A stretch of DNA of 64,000 nucleotides from Ignisphaera sp. (lineage in GTDB: Archaea; Thermoproteota; Thermoprotei_A; Sulfolobales; Ignisphaeraceae), in assembly GCA_038889075.1 (NCBI GenBank), contig JAWAHS010000002.1, forward strand, positions 44,930-108,929, given 5' to 3'. How positions within the stretch are numbered: position 1 is the stretch's first letter; each line of letters begins with the position of its first letter. The notes under the pieces were generated by a model, which saw only the letters and a program-made list of their open reading frames with translations, did no database searches and was not told the origin of the DNA. Below, in pieces: positions 48,739 through 59,261 of the stretch. The position numbers and the translations under genes are program-made.

Positions 48739-49959
48739 TCACGATCTGTATATGGTGTTGAATTCCTTAAATATGTTTACCAAGTTTTCAAGATTTAGCT
48801 GTATCAGATACCTCCTTACGGTATATTCTATTGATTCAATACATTTTCTAAAGAGATCGATACCTATTTCACGACTTATTAAATTAATAGTATCTCTAAT
48901 TGAATTATTCGACCATATATATCTAGAGGCCAATCCAACTTTGTATTCCTCAATTTCTCCACTATTTGCAAAATATCTACCGAGCTTATCGCTGGAGATT
49001 ATATTTCTTTCAATGTTTTCTTTAAATATTTTTAAAAGCGACTCTCTACCACTGGATGTAATAACCTCCTTAATAGTGGTATATTGTATGTGTGCAAACA
49101 TAGGGCCAATATTGATGCCTCCAATACCATTTCTCGGCAACTCATCTAGGTTCTCCAAATAATCGCCTGAGTGAATCTTTAGGTAAATGCTGTAATCCTT
49201 TAGTGTATCGACAAATTTCAAAGCCAGCGGAGTGTTCATTATATTACCAGGTCTGACCCTTGTACCAACATCAGCTACGGCAAAGGTTATTTTAGATACA
49301 TCTATTTTTCTAGACTTAAGCATACCTACGGCTAATGATAGAAATTTCCTAAAGTCCTCCACCTTATCCATGTTCCATCTATCACTACCTATCTCATATT
49401 CCATTATATCAATACCCCTGCTCTTAGCAACATCTTCAGCAAAACTAATCAATTCAACTGTTCTTTTAGCTGCTGTATCAATGTTTGCAAACCCTGCAGG
49501 GCTCTCTCTATCTAATGAAGTATCTATATGGAGAATACGAAATCCGGCATCAATAAAACCTTCAATAGATCTTATAACATTTTCTAAAGCTGTCTGATAA
49601 TCGTAGTGACTAATGATATGCTCATCCTTTAACCAGGGACCACAGTGATCAACTTCAAAAAACACTATGCCATTGAAATTGATAGCTTCAGCTTCTTGAT
49701 GGACAAATTCAACAAACCTCTTAGGGGTCCAGCCAGTATATCCACCATTGATATCAATTTGATTCAGAGATGCAGCAAAGATTATTGGTGCATTAATGCT
49801 CTTTGCAGCCCTTAGCGTAGCTACTACAGTTTCTCTTGAAATTGGTGAGATACATAGAAGTGTGATATTTCTTTTCAATACCTTGCAAGCAGCATCTAGT
49901 AAAGATTTAGCTGACTTCGCTTCCTTGAATGCGAAAGTATTATGGTTAAAGATATCCAT
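48739..49959 (-). CDS. GatZ/KbaZ-family (tagatose-6-phosphate 4-epimerase-like) protein
   Basis: NQID..GGYTGWTP, DHCGPW, LHIDTS, YEIGS, HSGDY, NIGP. Confidence 0.8.
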   Translation of the reverse strand: MDIFNHNTFAFKEAKSAKSLLDAACKVLKRNITLLCISPISRETVVATLRAAKSINAPIIFAASLNQIDINGGYTGWTPKRFVEFVHQEAEAINFNGIVFFEVDHCGPWLKDEHIISHYDYQTALENVIRSIEGFIDAGFRILHIDTSLDRESPAGFANIDTAAKRTVELISFAEDVAKSRGIDIMEYEIGSDRWNMDKVEDFRKFLSLAVGMLKSRKIDVSKITFAVADVGTRVRPGNIMNTPLALKFVDTLKDYSIYLKIHSGDYLENLDELPRNGIGGINIGPMFAHIQYTTIKEVITSSGRESLLKIFKENIERNIISSDKLGRYFANSGEIEEYKVGLASRYIWSNNSIRDTINLISREIGIDLFRKCIESIEYTVRRYLIQLNLENLVNIFKEFNTIYRS

Positions 49960-50200
49960 ATTACAGACACCTGTGGTCTGATTTTATTAAGGTATTCTAT
50001 CCTATAAGTCGATTAGATAGATTATCTGTTGGAGTGTTATTTTTATGCTATCTAATTGCCCATTAATCGAAAAATTATACTCTCCGTAGAGGAAGTTAGA
50101 AGCTAGGATGGTATCTCAAATTCTATGTAGGCTGTAAAAATTCTTATTATTTTCGATCCATGTCTATTTATAAAAAGTATCGTATTAGAATTAGAATACC

Positions 50201-51274
50201 TTGGGTGTGATTATGAATGGTGCATCTAGAGTTGTTGGTGAAAAAACGCTACAGGATATAATGGAAATACCGAGATCTATAGATGCTATTAGAGAGAACT
50301 TCGATAGCCTAAAGGAGGTTGCCGCATCTATTGTTAATAGAAATTGTAGATGTCTATACCTTACTGGATGCGGATCTTCATATTACTCAGCAATGTTAAT
50401 GTCGATTCCTCTTCAGATTCACCGACCAAAATTAAATGTACGTGTAATACCATCATCAGAAATTTTGATGTACCTAATCAACACACTTTCTGAAGAATGT
50501 TGCATAGTAGCTATTTCTAGATCGGGGGAGACAGCCGAGACTCTTGAGGTTATGAAGAGGGGTAGAGAGAGAGGGACGTATAACGTAATCATAACCATTA
50601 GTGAAAAAAGTGAAAGCATTAAATACGCAGATGAGTACCTCTATATTAATGTTGGGGTTGAGAGAGGCATAGTAATGACAAAAAGCTTCTATTCAATGTC
50701 ACTAGCAGGATTGTTAATTACACTTAGCATGGTCGCAGGGAAAAGTAGTGATATGGATTTAGAGTTAGATAGGCTTAAAGAGCATGCCATTAATACAATT
50801 GAAAAAAGAAGCATAATATTTAGGCTTGCAGAGAATTATATCAACATGGGCATCAATAGATTTATAGTCTTAGGTTCAGGTCCATCATATCCAATAGCAT
50901 TAGAGGCCTCCTTAAAACTAAAAGAGTCTTCATATGTAGCAGCAGAGGCTATGCATGCTCTCGAGTTCAGACACGGCCCCATAGCAACACTTGATAAAAA
51001 CGTGCTTGTAGTTATTATAAACCAGGATGGAAAGAGCTACAGCTATGTCTATAAACTCTATGAAGAACTTAGAAATATAGGTGCTAATGTACTTAGACTA
51101 AGTAATAAAGATTTAGATGAGGATACATTGCCACTAAGTAAAACTAGCTATGAAGAACTCGATGCTCTTTCAGCTATATTGCTATTACAGCTTATTACAT
51201 ATGGCTATACATTAGCATCAGGTCTGGATATTGACAGTCCTAGAAGGTTGGTTAGGGTAGTTACACATTATTAG
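50201..51274 (+). CDS. Double-SIS-domain amino-sugar-phosphate deaminase/isomerase (GlmD/AgaS-like)
   Basis: GCGSS, ISRSGETAE, VMTKSF, EASLKLKE, EFRHGP; no glutaminase domain. Confidence 0.85.
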   Translation: MGVIMNGASRVVGEKTLQDIMEIPRSIDAIRENFDSLKEVAASIVNRNCRCLYLTGCGSSYYSAMLMSIPLQIHRPKLNVRVIPSSEILMYLINTLSEECCIVAISRSGETAETLEVMKRGRERGTYNVIITISEKSESIKYADEYLYINVGVERGIVMTKSFYSMSLAGLLITLSMVAGKSSDMDLELDRLKEHAINTIEKRSIIFRLAENYINMGINRFIVLGSGPSYPIALEASLKLKESSYVAAEAMHALEFRHGPIATLDKNVLVVIINQDGKSYSYVYKLYEELRNIGANVLRLSNKDLDEDTLPLSKTSYEELDALSAILLLQLITYGYTLASGLDIDSPRRLVRVVTHY

Positions 51275-52281
51275 ACTACCAAAATGCTAGTTTCGGCTCT
51301 TTCAACGTTTTTCAATACTTTTTCAACAATATCCTGGGTAATGTCCATACCTAGCCTTTGTAAAGCTATTATAATGGGACCTAATATAGCCCTGTATCCT
51401 ACTATAGGCTCCTTTAATGTGGCTTTCCTTAGCAACTTTCTAACTCTGTTTTCAAAAACTCTGTTAACTATCTTTGATTTAAATACGCTACCGATACCCC
51501 CTACAATAATATCATCATCTACCATACCAAGTTTCTGTGCAACACTGTATACAGATAGTGCAAGTTCCAAACCAGCTTTTTCCATTATTTCTCTAGCTAC
51601 TTCATCACCTTTTTCGGCCTCCTCATCTACGAGAACAGCTATGGCTGCTATCTTACCTATATCAAAAGGTTTCATCCTATAAATGTATGTTACGATATCC
51701 AGCAGGTCATCAACATTGTAGAATTCTCTTATCCTATTTATAAGTGAAGTATAGCGTCCTCTACCATCATATGCCCTCGAAACCGCATTTAGCGCCTGGA
51801 GAGCTATCCAAGAAGCACTACCTTCGTCACCTATGATCCAACCCCATCCACTTGACCTTGCCCTACGACCAAACCTATTCATACCAAATGCAATAGCGCC
51901 GGTGCCAGCTATAACAGCAATTCCAGGTTTGCCCCATGTAACAGCATAGAAAGCTGTTATAGCATCGTGCTCAATTATAATTTTTTCAAAAGGATAGCCG
52001 AGTTCTCTAACATAGTTCCAGGCAATATCTAGATCTCTTTTGGTATCTAAACCAGCCCAGCTAAATACAATCAAATCGACGTCTTCAATGGATGTGGTGG
52101 TCCGTCTAAGACACGTATCTATAGCATCTCGTATATTTGTTTTGACGATATTCTCCTCTAGAGTTATATCAGCGGGTCCACTAGAAACGCTACACAAAAT
52201 ATCTAGGTTTTCATTGAACATCATTGCAATACTTTTCGTTTTTCCTATATCAAGGGCTATAAATTTCATAACGACCACCAT
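51271..52281 (-). CDS. BadF/BadG/BcrA/BcrD-family amino-sugar kinase
   Basis: DIGKTKS, AGLD, HDA, IAGTGA, GWGWIIGDEGS. Confidence 0.85.
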   Translation of the reverse strand: MVVVMKFIALDIGKTKSIAMMFNENLDILCSVSSGPADITLEENIVKTNIRDAIDTCLRRTTTSIEDVDLIVFSWAGLDTKRDLDIAWNYVRELGYPFEKIIIEHDAITAFYAVTWGKPGIAVIAGTGAIAFGMNRFGRRARSSGWGWIIGDEGSASWIALQALNAVSRAYDGRGRYTSLINRIREFYNVDDLLDIVTYIYRMKPFDIGKIAAIAVLVDEEAEKGDEVAREIMEKAGLELALSVYSVAQKLGMVDDDIIVGGIGSVFKSKIVNRVFENRVRKLLRKATLKEPIVGYRAILGPIIIALQRLGMDITQDIVEKVLKNVERAETSILVV

Positions 52282-52339
52282 GCTGTACTCAGTGGTTCGG
52301 AATTATATAAATGACACTTAAAAATTGCCTAACGTAACT

Positions 52340-52630
52340 GTTTTGGTTTTCGTATAGGTTTAAGGGTTGATGTGGTTGTTTTACTGTGGTTTGAGCTTGT
52401 CCACGATGTGGTGTGTGGTGGAGACCTGGGTGGGTAGGGGCATACAATGCCGGGATGTGGGGGTTTCCCACAGCTGTGAACCGGAACCATATGAGGGGGA
52501 GCTGTGGGTAGGGGTTTCCCCAAAGGGGTGGAGGCCGATGATATGGGCTCCGATGAAGGGTGCCCCGAGGTCTGTGAAGCCAAGAGTTGACAACAAACAA
52601 CATCAACCAATACAAAACCCAAACCCCAGT
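52340..52630. mobile_element. Transposase-less, GC-rich TnpB/IS-derived element
   Basis: Sharp composition shift; right part reads like a TnpB tail (LWVGVSPKGWRPMIWAPMKGAPRSVKPRV); imperfect inverted ends GGTTGATGTGGTTGTTT / AAACAACATCAACC. Confidence 0.5.
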
Positions 52631-52669
52631 ATGCTTAGTATAGTCTACTATAGGAGTAGCATATTTAAT

Positions 52670-53533
52670 TTATTTCCCAATCTTTTTAATTACTACATCT
52701 ACTGTCGTGTGATATTTGTGTGGTGCAACACCTCTAATGACATGTCCGCCAATGATCTCAGCAGAAGCTCCGTATTTCTCAATGAACTTCTTTACTGTTT
52801 CAGCTGACTTGATAAGAGCCTCTCGCTTATTCCTTGCTTCTATAAATAGATGGGGATGTACTATGCTCTCTTCTTTGACGATCATCATAGCAGCCTCAAT
52901 AGCTTTTTCAAATAAATCTGGAAATGGCATTAGTATTCTATCAAATTTTCTTTGAAGCGATGGTACTATCAATAATGCATCCCCATGTATAATTTCGTTT
53001 AGAAATGCCACCTTATTTAGCTCTGCATTTTCTCTAGCATATTTAACTGCATGTTCATTGATGTCTATAGATAGTACATAGGAGGGCTTTCCATATTTAG
53101 AGGCTATTATACTATATGGTCCAAAGCCGGAGAACATATTTAATATTTTTTCGCTTTTCCTAATCTGCTTAGCTATTCTCATGTGATCATAACCCAGAAC
53201 GGGTGAGATATAGACTTTAGTTACATCAAGTTTGAATATACATCCATGTTCTTTATAGACGGTTTCGCTTCTTTTTTCACCTGCTAAATGTACGTAGCTT
53301 CTAGTCCTTTCAATTCCATATACGGGTGTTATAGCAAGCCACACACTCTTAACATAGGATAGGGATTTTAAAAGTTCCTCGCCAATGACTTTAAAAATAT
53401 CTTCAGATAGATTAAAGGGTTTTCTAATAATAGCAATATCGCCTACAATTTCAATACGTCTCCAAATCAGCTTAGCATAATCAGAGCCTAGAACTTTCTC
53501 AGCAATTCTCCTAAGTAAAGGTTCTTCGGACAA
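52670..53533 (-). CDS. trm5: Trm5/Met10-family tRNA methyltransferase, short aTrm5a (Taw21)-like form
   Basis: VGDIAI, KEHGC.F.LDV.KVY.SP, MFSGFGP, DRILMPFP; lacks the N-terminal D1 domain. Confidence 0.8.
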   Translation of the reverse strand: MSEEPLLRRIAEKVLGSDYAKLIWRRIEIVGDIAIIRKPFNLSEDIFKVIGEELLKSLSYVKSVWLAITPVYGIERTRSYVHLAGEKRSETVYKEHGCIFKLDVTKVYISPVLGYDHMRIAKQIRKSEKILNMFSGFGPYSIIASKYGKPSYVLSIDINEHAVKYARENAELNKVAFLNEIIHGDALLIVPSLQRKFDRILMPFPDLFEKAIEAAMMIVKEESIVHPHLFIEARNKREALIKSAETVKKFIEKYGASAEIIGGHVIRGVAPHKYHTTVDVVIKKIGK

Positions 53534-53708
53534 ATACCTCCCCTACAGTAGCCCCATTCAATAATTCTGAATATTTGTGAAGTCAACTATTATCCGCTTT
53601 TTACATTTAAACCAATTGCATTCATCTTCATACTCCAACAAGGGGTTGTGTTGTATCTTCCTATTACAATTATTTGATAGAGGGGTGCCACCTAGAGTTG
53701 GAGAGGAG

Positions 53709-54710
53709 CTAGAATGCTATTTTAGGTCTAAATGGTATCAGATCGGCCATTGTTAATAGACCTGGTTTCTGCTCTCCTATTTTCTCTGCTATATTTAGAA
53801 TTACAGCAGCTGTTGCCATATCACCTGGTGTTCCTGAGCTTCTCCAAGTTATAGTATAATCTTTACCATCAATTACAATCTCCTCATACTCCTCTGCTGC
53901 AACATACGCATAAAACTCTACTCTTATAACCTCTCTATCTCCTATATAAGCTATCCCGTAGCCTCTAATCCCTCTATTCATATTTTTCAAAACTTTCACT
54001 CCAGCAGATTCTACATCACGTTCAGCTACCACAACATTCTGTTCCTCAACTACTTTAGTTGGCTGTATACCAGCTGCATCAGCTATTATGAGTGTAGATT
54101 CAGCGTATCCTACATGTCCCGTTATTTCGCCTCTTCTAAGCCTTTCCTCAACGTTTCTCGGATCCTCTCCTATACCAATCTTCCTTCTAAACGATTCCCT
54201 TCTTTTAGCAGCATCAATACTTCTTATAGCCCTAATCTTTCTCACAATATTGAATGGTGCTGCAAGTACTATTGCTAGGGTATCTAGTAGAAAACCTGGA
54301 TTTACACCCGTTCCAATTATTGCGATACCCCTAGATTTTGCTATCTCATCCAGTTTTCTAGCCAGTATTGGATAGCGGTAGTAGGGATAGGCTAAGGTCT
54401 CACATGTTGATAGAACGTCTATACCCATTTTAGCAACTATAGCAATTTGATCGAAAACTCTATCTAAATAGGAACCTGTAGCGTGGATAACAACATCTGC
54501 ATTAGCTAAAACTGTAGGGTTGCTAGCAACCTCAATACCAAGCTTTTCACTAAGACCTATAGCTAGACCCACATCCTTTCCAACGAGATTTGGATCGATA
54601 TCAACTGCGCCAACGATTTCATAATCCCTCTCAATAGCTGCCCTCGCTATAATCCTACCTATAGCACCAAATCCGTAGATACCAATCCTCATAAAATGCA
54701 CCATAAACAA
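53709..54710 (-). CDS. DapB-like NAD(P)-dependent dehydrogenase (2,4-diaminopentanoate/amine dehydrogenase family)
   Basis: GFGAIG, STCE, GTGVNPGF, GHVG..ES, GDMATA. Confidence 0.75.
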   Translation of the reverse strand: MFMVHFMRIGIYGFGAIGRIIARAAIERDYEIVGAVDIDPNLVGKDVGLAIGLSEKLGIEVASNPTVLANADVVIHATGSYLDRVFDQIAIVAKMGIDVLSTCETLAYPYYRYPILARKLDEIAKSRGIAIIGTGVNPGFLLDTLAIVLAAPFNIVRKIRAIRSIDAAKRRESFRRKIGIGEDPRNVEERLRRGEITGHVGYAESTLIIADAAGIQPTKVVEEQNVVVAERDVESAGVKVLKNMNRGIRGYGIAYIGDREVIRVEFYAYVAAEEYEEIVIDGKDYTITWRSSGTPGDMATAAVILNIAEKIGEQKPGLLTMADLIPFRPKIAF

Positions 54711-54890
54711 AAATAATAGTGCTTCTAAAAAATCTTTCTATTTCAATGCTACCCAGACATCTCTAATTACATATAACGAAACAGGATCTCGGTTAACATA
54801 TCTCTAATGGATAGGAATATGGAATAGTTGCCTACCTAGATTCAACAAACTTAAATAAACGTTAGTCGAATACTGGACTGTATTAGAGGG

Positions 54891-55724
54891 ATGAGATACT
54901 TGAGTAGCGGTTCGAATGGTAGTGACAGTGTACATAGCTACTTTATTGAAAAGGGAGAATACTTTAGGATAATAATGGATTCTCATGAAATGATTAGTCG
55001 GGGTAAAAAGATTGCTAGAGGTATAGCTAAGCAACTAATGTTGCTTGGAATCGACAAGGGGCGCATTCTCGATGTTGGATGTGGTACCGGGAGGATAGCA
55101 CTTCCACTAGCCGAACTTGGATACAATGTTATAGGAATAGATATTTCACCAAATTATATTGAAATAGCCAGAGCAAGGATGGTCTCTAAAGGTTTAGAGA
55201 ATAGAGCCGAGTTTATAGTGTGCGATGCGAGAGAACTGGATCAATGCACATCTAAGTACTCACCATTTAATGCGATACTATTTGTATGGTCCTCCGTCAT
55301 AGGATACTATGACGAGGATACCGATATAAAGGTATTGACAAATGCCAGAAAGATCGTCGGCGAGAATGGCGTTCTAATAATTGTTGATTCAATAAATAGA
55401 GACTACATGCTGATGTTGCACAACATTGTTGGCGAGACGACCTGGTTCTATGACTATCACTTCTATGTTGTAGTTGAAAGGAGTCTATTCAATCCGGTAA
55501 CAAGTGAAGTTATGATTAAGCACAGCTTCTATAGAAAGGATGGCAAGAATCTGATATTTTTGGACGAAGCGCACTTTAAAATGAGGATATACTCGCTGAA
55601 TGAGCTGGTATATATAGCTAAAAAAGCTGGCTGGTGTCTTTACAGAGTGTTAAGAGATGTTGCTGGTGAAATTGGGTACTCCTTTACAAAACCTCTTAAC
55701 ATAATATTTAGTACATGTAGATGA
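54891..55724 (+). CDS. Class I SAM-dependent methyltransferase
   Basis: ILDVGCGTGR, GIDIS, CDAR. Confidence 0.9.
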   Translation: MRYLSSGSNGSDSVHSYFIEKGEYFRIIMDSHEMISRGKKIARGIAKQLMLLGIDKGRILDVGCGTGRIALPLAELGYNVIGIDISPNYIEIARARMVSKGLENRAEFIVCDARELDQCTSKYSPFNAILFVWSSVIGYYDEDTDIKVLTNARKIVGENGVLIIVDSINRDYMLMLHNIVGETTWFYDYHFYVVVERSLFNPVTSEVMIKHSFYRKDGKNLIFLDEAHFKMRIYSLNELVYIAKKAGWCLYRVLRDVAGEIGYSFTKPLNIIFSTCR

Positions 55725-56198
55725 AATGTATTAAAGCACTACATGGAAAAGCCGTTACGGTATTGTTGTCAGTAAAGGGAGGATCTAGTAAAAGAGCCCA
55801 CCATTAAACTTTTTATAAAGAGTAGACCTGCTCTAAACTTTACCATAGAAATTTCAGCTAGGCTAGCAGTTTAAGTCCTTAATTCAAGAAAGCTCGATAC
55901 TGCTTTTCATGGTATCGATGATATTGTGGACATTTTATAAATACTGTTTATACAAGTATTGACCCAGCTATGTCTAGAAATACATATTGTTAATACTCGC
56001 TATAAACGTAAACTGCTATACAATTTCTATAGCTTTAACTAATTTTTGCATCAAGCTCACCATCCTGGAGCATACTTGGTTACGAATGCTATGCATTTTC
56101 TTTTGCGCTTTCTCCACCGACAATAGAGCCTGTATTCCAGTATATACACCTTTCTTAGCAAGAACTGATTTTAATTGATTGGATGTAACCATTTTGGT

Positions 56199-56275
56199 TG
56201 GCGCCGCGGCCGGGATTTGAACCCGGGTCACGGGCTCGACAGGCCCGCATAATAGCCGGGCTATACTACCGCGGC
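56199..56275 (-). tRNA. tRNA-Asp(GTC), CCA encoded
   Basis: Cloverleaf with CGGGC-CT-GTC-GA-GCCCG. Confidence 0.97.
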
Positions 56276-56347
56276 TCGTATTTAGAAATATATTGCGTGG
56301 AGCTTAAAAGCTTAAATTGGGTACATCTTATGGAGTTCCTGTAGTGT

Positions 56348-57394
56348 TTGAATGAAATGCGTTGTTTGAAATGGGATGCGGTACTGGTGTTAGCATTGGG
56401 CTGTAAGGTTGTAGTGGTTGCTGATTGGGATGTTGATGGTGTTGTTTCAGCTGCACAGATAGTTTATTCACAGGAGGTTGTTGGAAGGTATCCTCTAGAT
56501 GGTAAGCAGAAGGTGTATTTAGTCCCATCAACTTTGAGAACACTGAGTCAAGTTTTGGATGAGGTTAGCGGTTTGAAGGCATCCCATTTGGTACTACTTG
56601 ATATTGCCTATAGTAAGGATACCGAGTCCTTTCTAAAAAAGATTAGGGAGTTGAATATGTACAGCATATATGTAGACCATCACATATCATCCCTTATCCA
56701 TAGTTCCAGTGTAGAGAAGATTGTAGATGAATTCATTGTTGGTAAGGTTCCAACAGCATATCTGGTGTTTCAACTGATGAATTCTCTAAAGATAGCTCTA
56801 ACTACAAGAATACGAGCTTTTGTTGAAGCTGCTTCTGCTATTGAGGGTAGAAGACAGGGTAGTGTAGATAGGAGATTCATTCAACTAGTTGTAGCAATGT
56901 CGAGAACTCTTGCTCATTCTAGAAATAGAGAGCTGTGGGAAAAGCTTGTGAGGTGGCTTAGCTCACCACTACCCCAGTCCTCAATGCCATTTACTGTAGA
57001 TGTAGGCAGCTTCGTAAAGTTGCAATTAGGTGCTGGAGATGTAAATCTATTTGCAAGAGAGTTGGCTTTAAGAGCTGAAAGAATATTCAATGTTAGATTC
57101 ATAGATGCTAGAAAGGAAAAGATAGTATACAGACCTTCAGCTGTAGCTTCCGCATTGTATAGAATATTTAGAAGCCCTGTCATACTCCTACTTACTAATA
57201 AGGAGGGCAGAAGCTATATCCTAATAAAATCAAGGGATCTAACTGCCTATACAATAGCCATAGAGCTATATAGAAGCGGTATAGCTATAGATATAATGGG
57301 CCATCAAACACTCTCATACAGTTTACTGAGGGATGATATCGATATTAATATCGTAAAGAACCTTATTAGAAATATAATCCTAAAAAAGCTTTAG
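56348..57394 (+). CDS. DHH-family phosphoesterase
   Basis: DWDVDG, LLDIA, VDHH motifs and C-terminal MGH; start uncertain. Confidence 0.8.
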   Translation: MNEMRCLKWDAVLVLALGCKVVVVADWDVDGVVSAAQIVYSQEVVGRYPLDGKQKVYLVPSTLRTLSQVLDEVSGLKASHLVLLDIAYSKDTESFLKKIRELNMYSIYVDHHISSLIHSSSVEKIVDEFIVGKVPTAYLVFQLMNSLKIALTTRIRAFVEAASAIEGRRQGSVDRRFIQLVVAMSRTLAHSRNRELWEKLVRWLSSPLPQSSMPFTVDVGSFVKLQLGAGDVNLFARELALRAERIFNVRFIDARKEKIVYRPSAVASALYRIFRSPVILLLTNKEGRSYILIKSRDLTAYTIAIELYRSGIAIDIMGHQTLSYSLLRDDIDINIVKNLIRNIILKKL

Positions 57395-57427
57395 CCAACC
57401 ATGTAAAGTACTTAAATTAATCTGATC

Positions 57428-57539
<112 letters not shown>

Positions 57540-58351
57540 AACTTTCCCATCTCAATATTTAACATATATATTTCTCTCTTACTCTCTTAATGACTCTCAG
57601 AAAATTTAAGTTGTAGTTATCATCCTCAAATAGGTTACTTTGTCGAGAGTCGGTTAAGAAACACGGTGGTAGAGCTCGGTATAGTGTATTTTCTGCTCCA
57701 ATTTAGTAAGATTATAGAAGGGATATCTTCAGAACCTCCTACCTCCTTCCTAAAGATTAAGGGATTCCTTCAAGAAGCTCACAGATCCTCTACATCTATA
57801 GAGCAATCAAGAGTCATCTGCTTTCTAGTTGTTTTAGGAGATATAGATTCTATTTCTATTAGATTCTAAATTGTTTAGAGCCCTAGGTCGTTGTAGGAGC
57901 TGTGCTTTAAAGTTATTTAGGTTTAAATCTAGATGAGAACCCTATTCCACTAGATTCAACAACCATACATGAACACATAGGATACTGAAATACCTATGGA
58001 CTAGGTGGAAGTCCTTGAATACAGGTGAACATCAACTAACAAAGACAAACAGATCAAAGCTCTTTCCATTAAGGTTGAAAGCCCCATTTTAATGTCTAGC
58101 ATAGTTATCGTATCTATACCCCCTCTGGGATGTTTTAAGCTATTCCACTAATCCGTACTACTAATTTATTTTAGTTGAATTGCGTATTCTGTACATCTCT
58201 ATCTCTAACAATTGATATCAATTCTTAACAGTATCTCTAAACCTTTTGTAGAAGCAATCTATTTCCACATGATGCCCTCTCCAAGAACGGAAGGTAAGCT
58301 GGTCTTATTGTTTTTACAGCTCTCTGCGATTTTCAATTAAAACTCCTACAG

Positions 58352-58669
58352 TTAGATCTCTACGTACTTCTTGATAATTTTTTTGAATTCTTCGGCATCT
58401 TTTTTATTTAGTACGTGTATCTCTATCTTTGAATTTGGAACGAGTTTTCTTGCTTTATGTAGTACCTCGAGTCTATCGATATTATCCGGTATTTCTAGAA
58501 GCACATCTATATCGCTCAGAGCTATGGCTTCACCTCTGATGTAGGAGCCGAAGACATATAGCTTACCATTGTAGCCTATTGCAAGCTCTTTTAGCATTCT
58601 TAAATATCCATCTAGATTATTCTCTAAATCTTTTCTCCGTCTCCTTAGGTACTCTACATATTTAGACAT
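58352..58669 (-). CDS. Minimal nucleotidyltransferase (MNT) antitoxin
   Basis: VFGSYIRG...SDIDVL, EIHV. Confidence 0.9.
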   Translation of the reverse strand: MSKYVEYLRRRRKDLENNLDGYLRMLKELAIGYNGKLYVFGSYIRGEAIALSDIDVLLEIPDNIDRLEVLHKARKLVPNSKIEIHVLNKKDAEEFKKIIKKYVEI

Positions 58670-59022
58670 TTGAACATTTCCTCAGTAAATTTCCTTGCCT
58701 CACTATACTCTTTCTCTCCATATCTCCTTATAAAATACCTAGAACCTATATATGCATCCTCGAGGATGTCTACAATATACCATTTATCTTCTGATAAGCG
58801 ATTAAGACACTGATTATCAGCGATCTCGATCAGCTCTCTTAGAGAGTGTATTTTGGGGAAATCGCCTAGGGTATAGAGTAGATATGATTTTATAGCCAGT
58901 TGTACAGCTTGTTCAAGATGAAATAGTGCAATATCATATCTACCTAAAGAAACATCGTATTCGCTAATCCTGTAGAAATGCTTGGCTTTTTCAACCATTT
59001 CTCTATAGAGTCTACTACTCAT
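58654..59022 (-). CDS. HEPN-domain protein paired with MNT
   Basis: FHLEQAVQL.IK, PKIHSL, AYIGSRY; overlaps the MNT start. Confidence 0.9.
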   Translation of the reverse strand: MSSRLYREMVEKAKHFYRISEYDVSLGRYDIALFHLEQAVQLAIKSYLLYTLGDFPKIHSLRELIEIADNQCLNRLSEDKWYIVDILEDAYIGSRYFIRRYGEKEYSEARKFTEEMFKCLNM

Positions 59023-59261
59023 GTAGATGCACTTTGCATTGAATCATAGATTTATTGTACTAATTAATAAGCTATTCGTAAAATAGCTGAACATGTATAG
59101 CATTAATAATGGGAGGAGGCATTCAATTTTGTAATTATTGTATAAAGTTTTGTAAAACTTTCTCTAAATGAGGTATTGCATCTATCATAAATATTAGGAT
59201 GCTAAGTATTTTTAAGTGGTTTTAGAGAAATAGAAGGACGAAGATTAGAGGATTGATGTGT

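Noticed and set aside
52340-52630. SRP RNA or RNase P RNA as the identity of the GC-rich insert
   Set aside because: No SRP helix 8 motif (GGAA..AGCAG) or RNase P conserved regions were seen
52329-52807. Overlapping ORFs on both strands at 52.3-52.8 kb as real genes
   Set aside because: Explained by stop-codon scarcity in the GC-rich element; low-complexity translations
56016-56231. ORF overlapping the tRNA-Asp 3' half, considered as a split SSV-type integrase fragment
   Set aside because: No tyrosine-recombinase motifs and no duplicated att-like tRNA half in the window; the tRNA-Asp/tRNA-Glu similarity reflects two complete genes
58052-58082. CRISPR-repeat-like string ending in GTTGAAAG
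   Set aside because: Single copy, no periodicity, no cas genes
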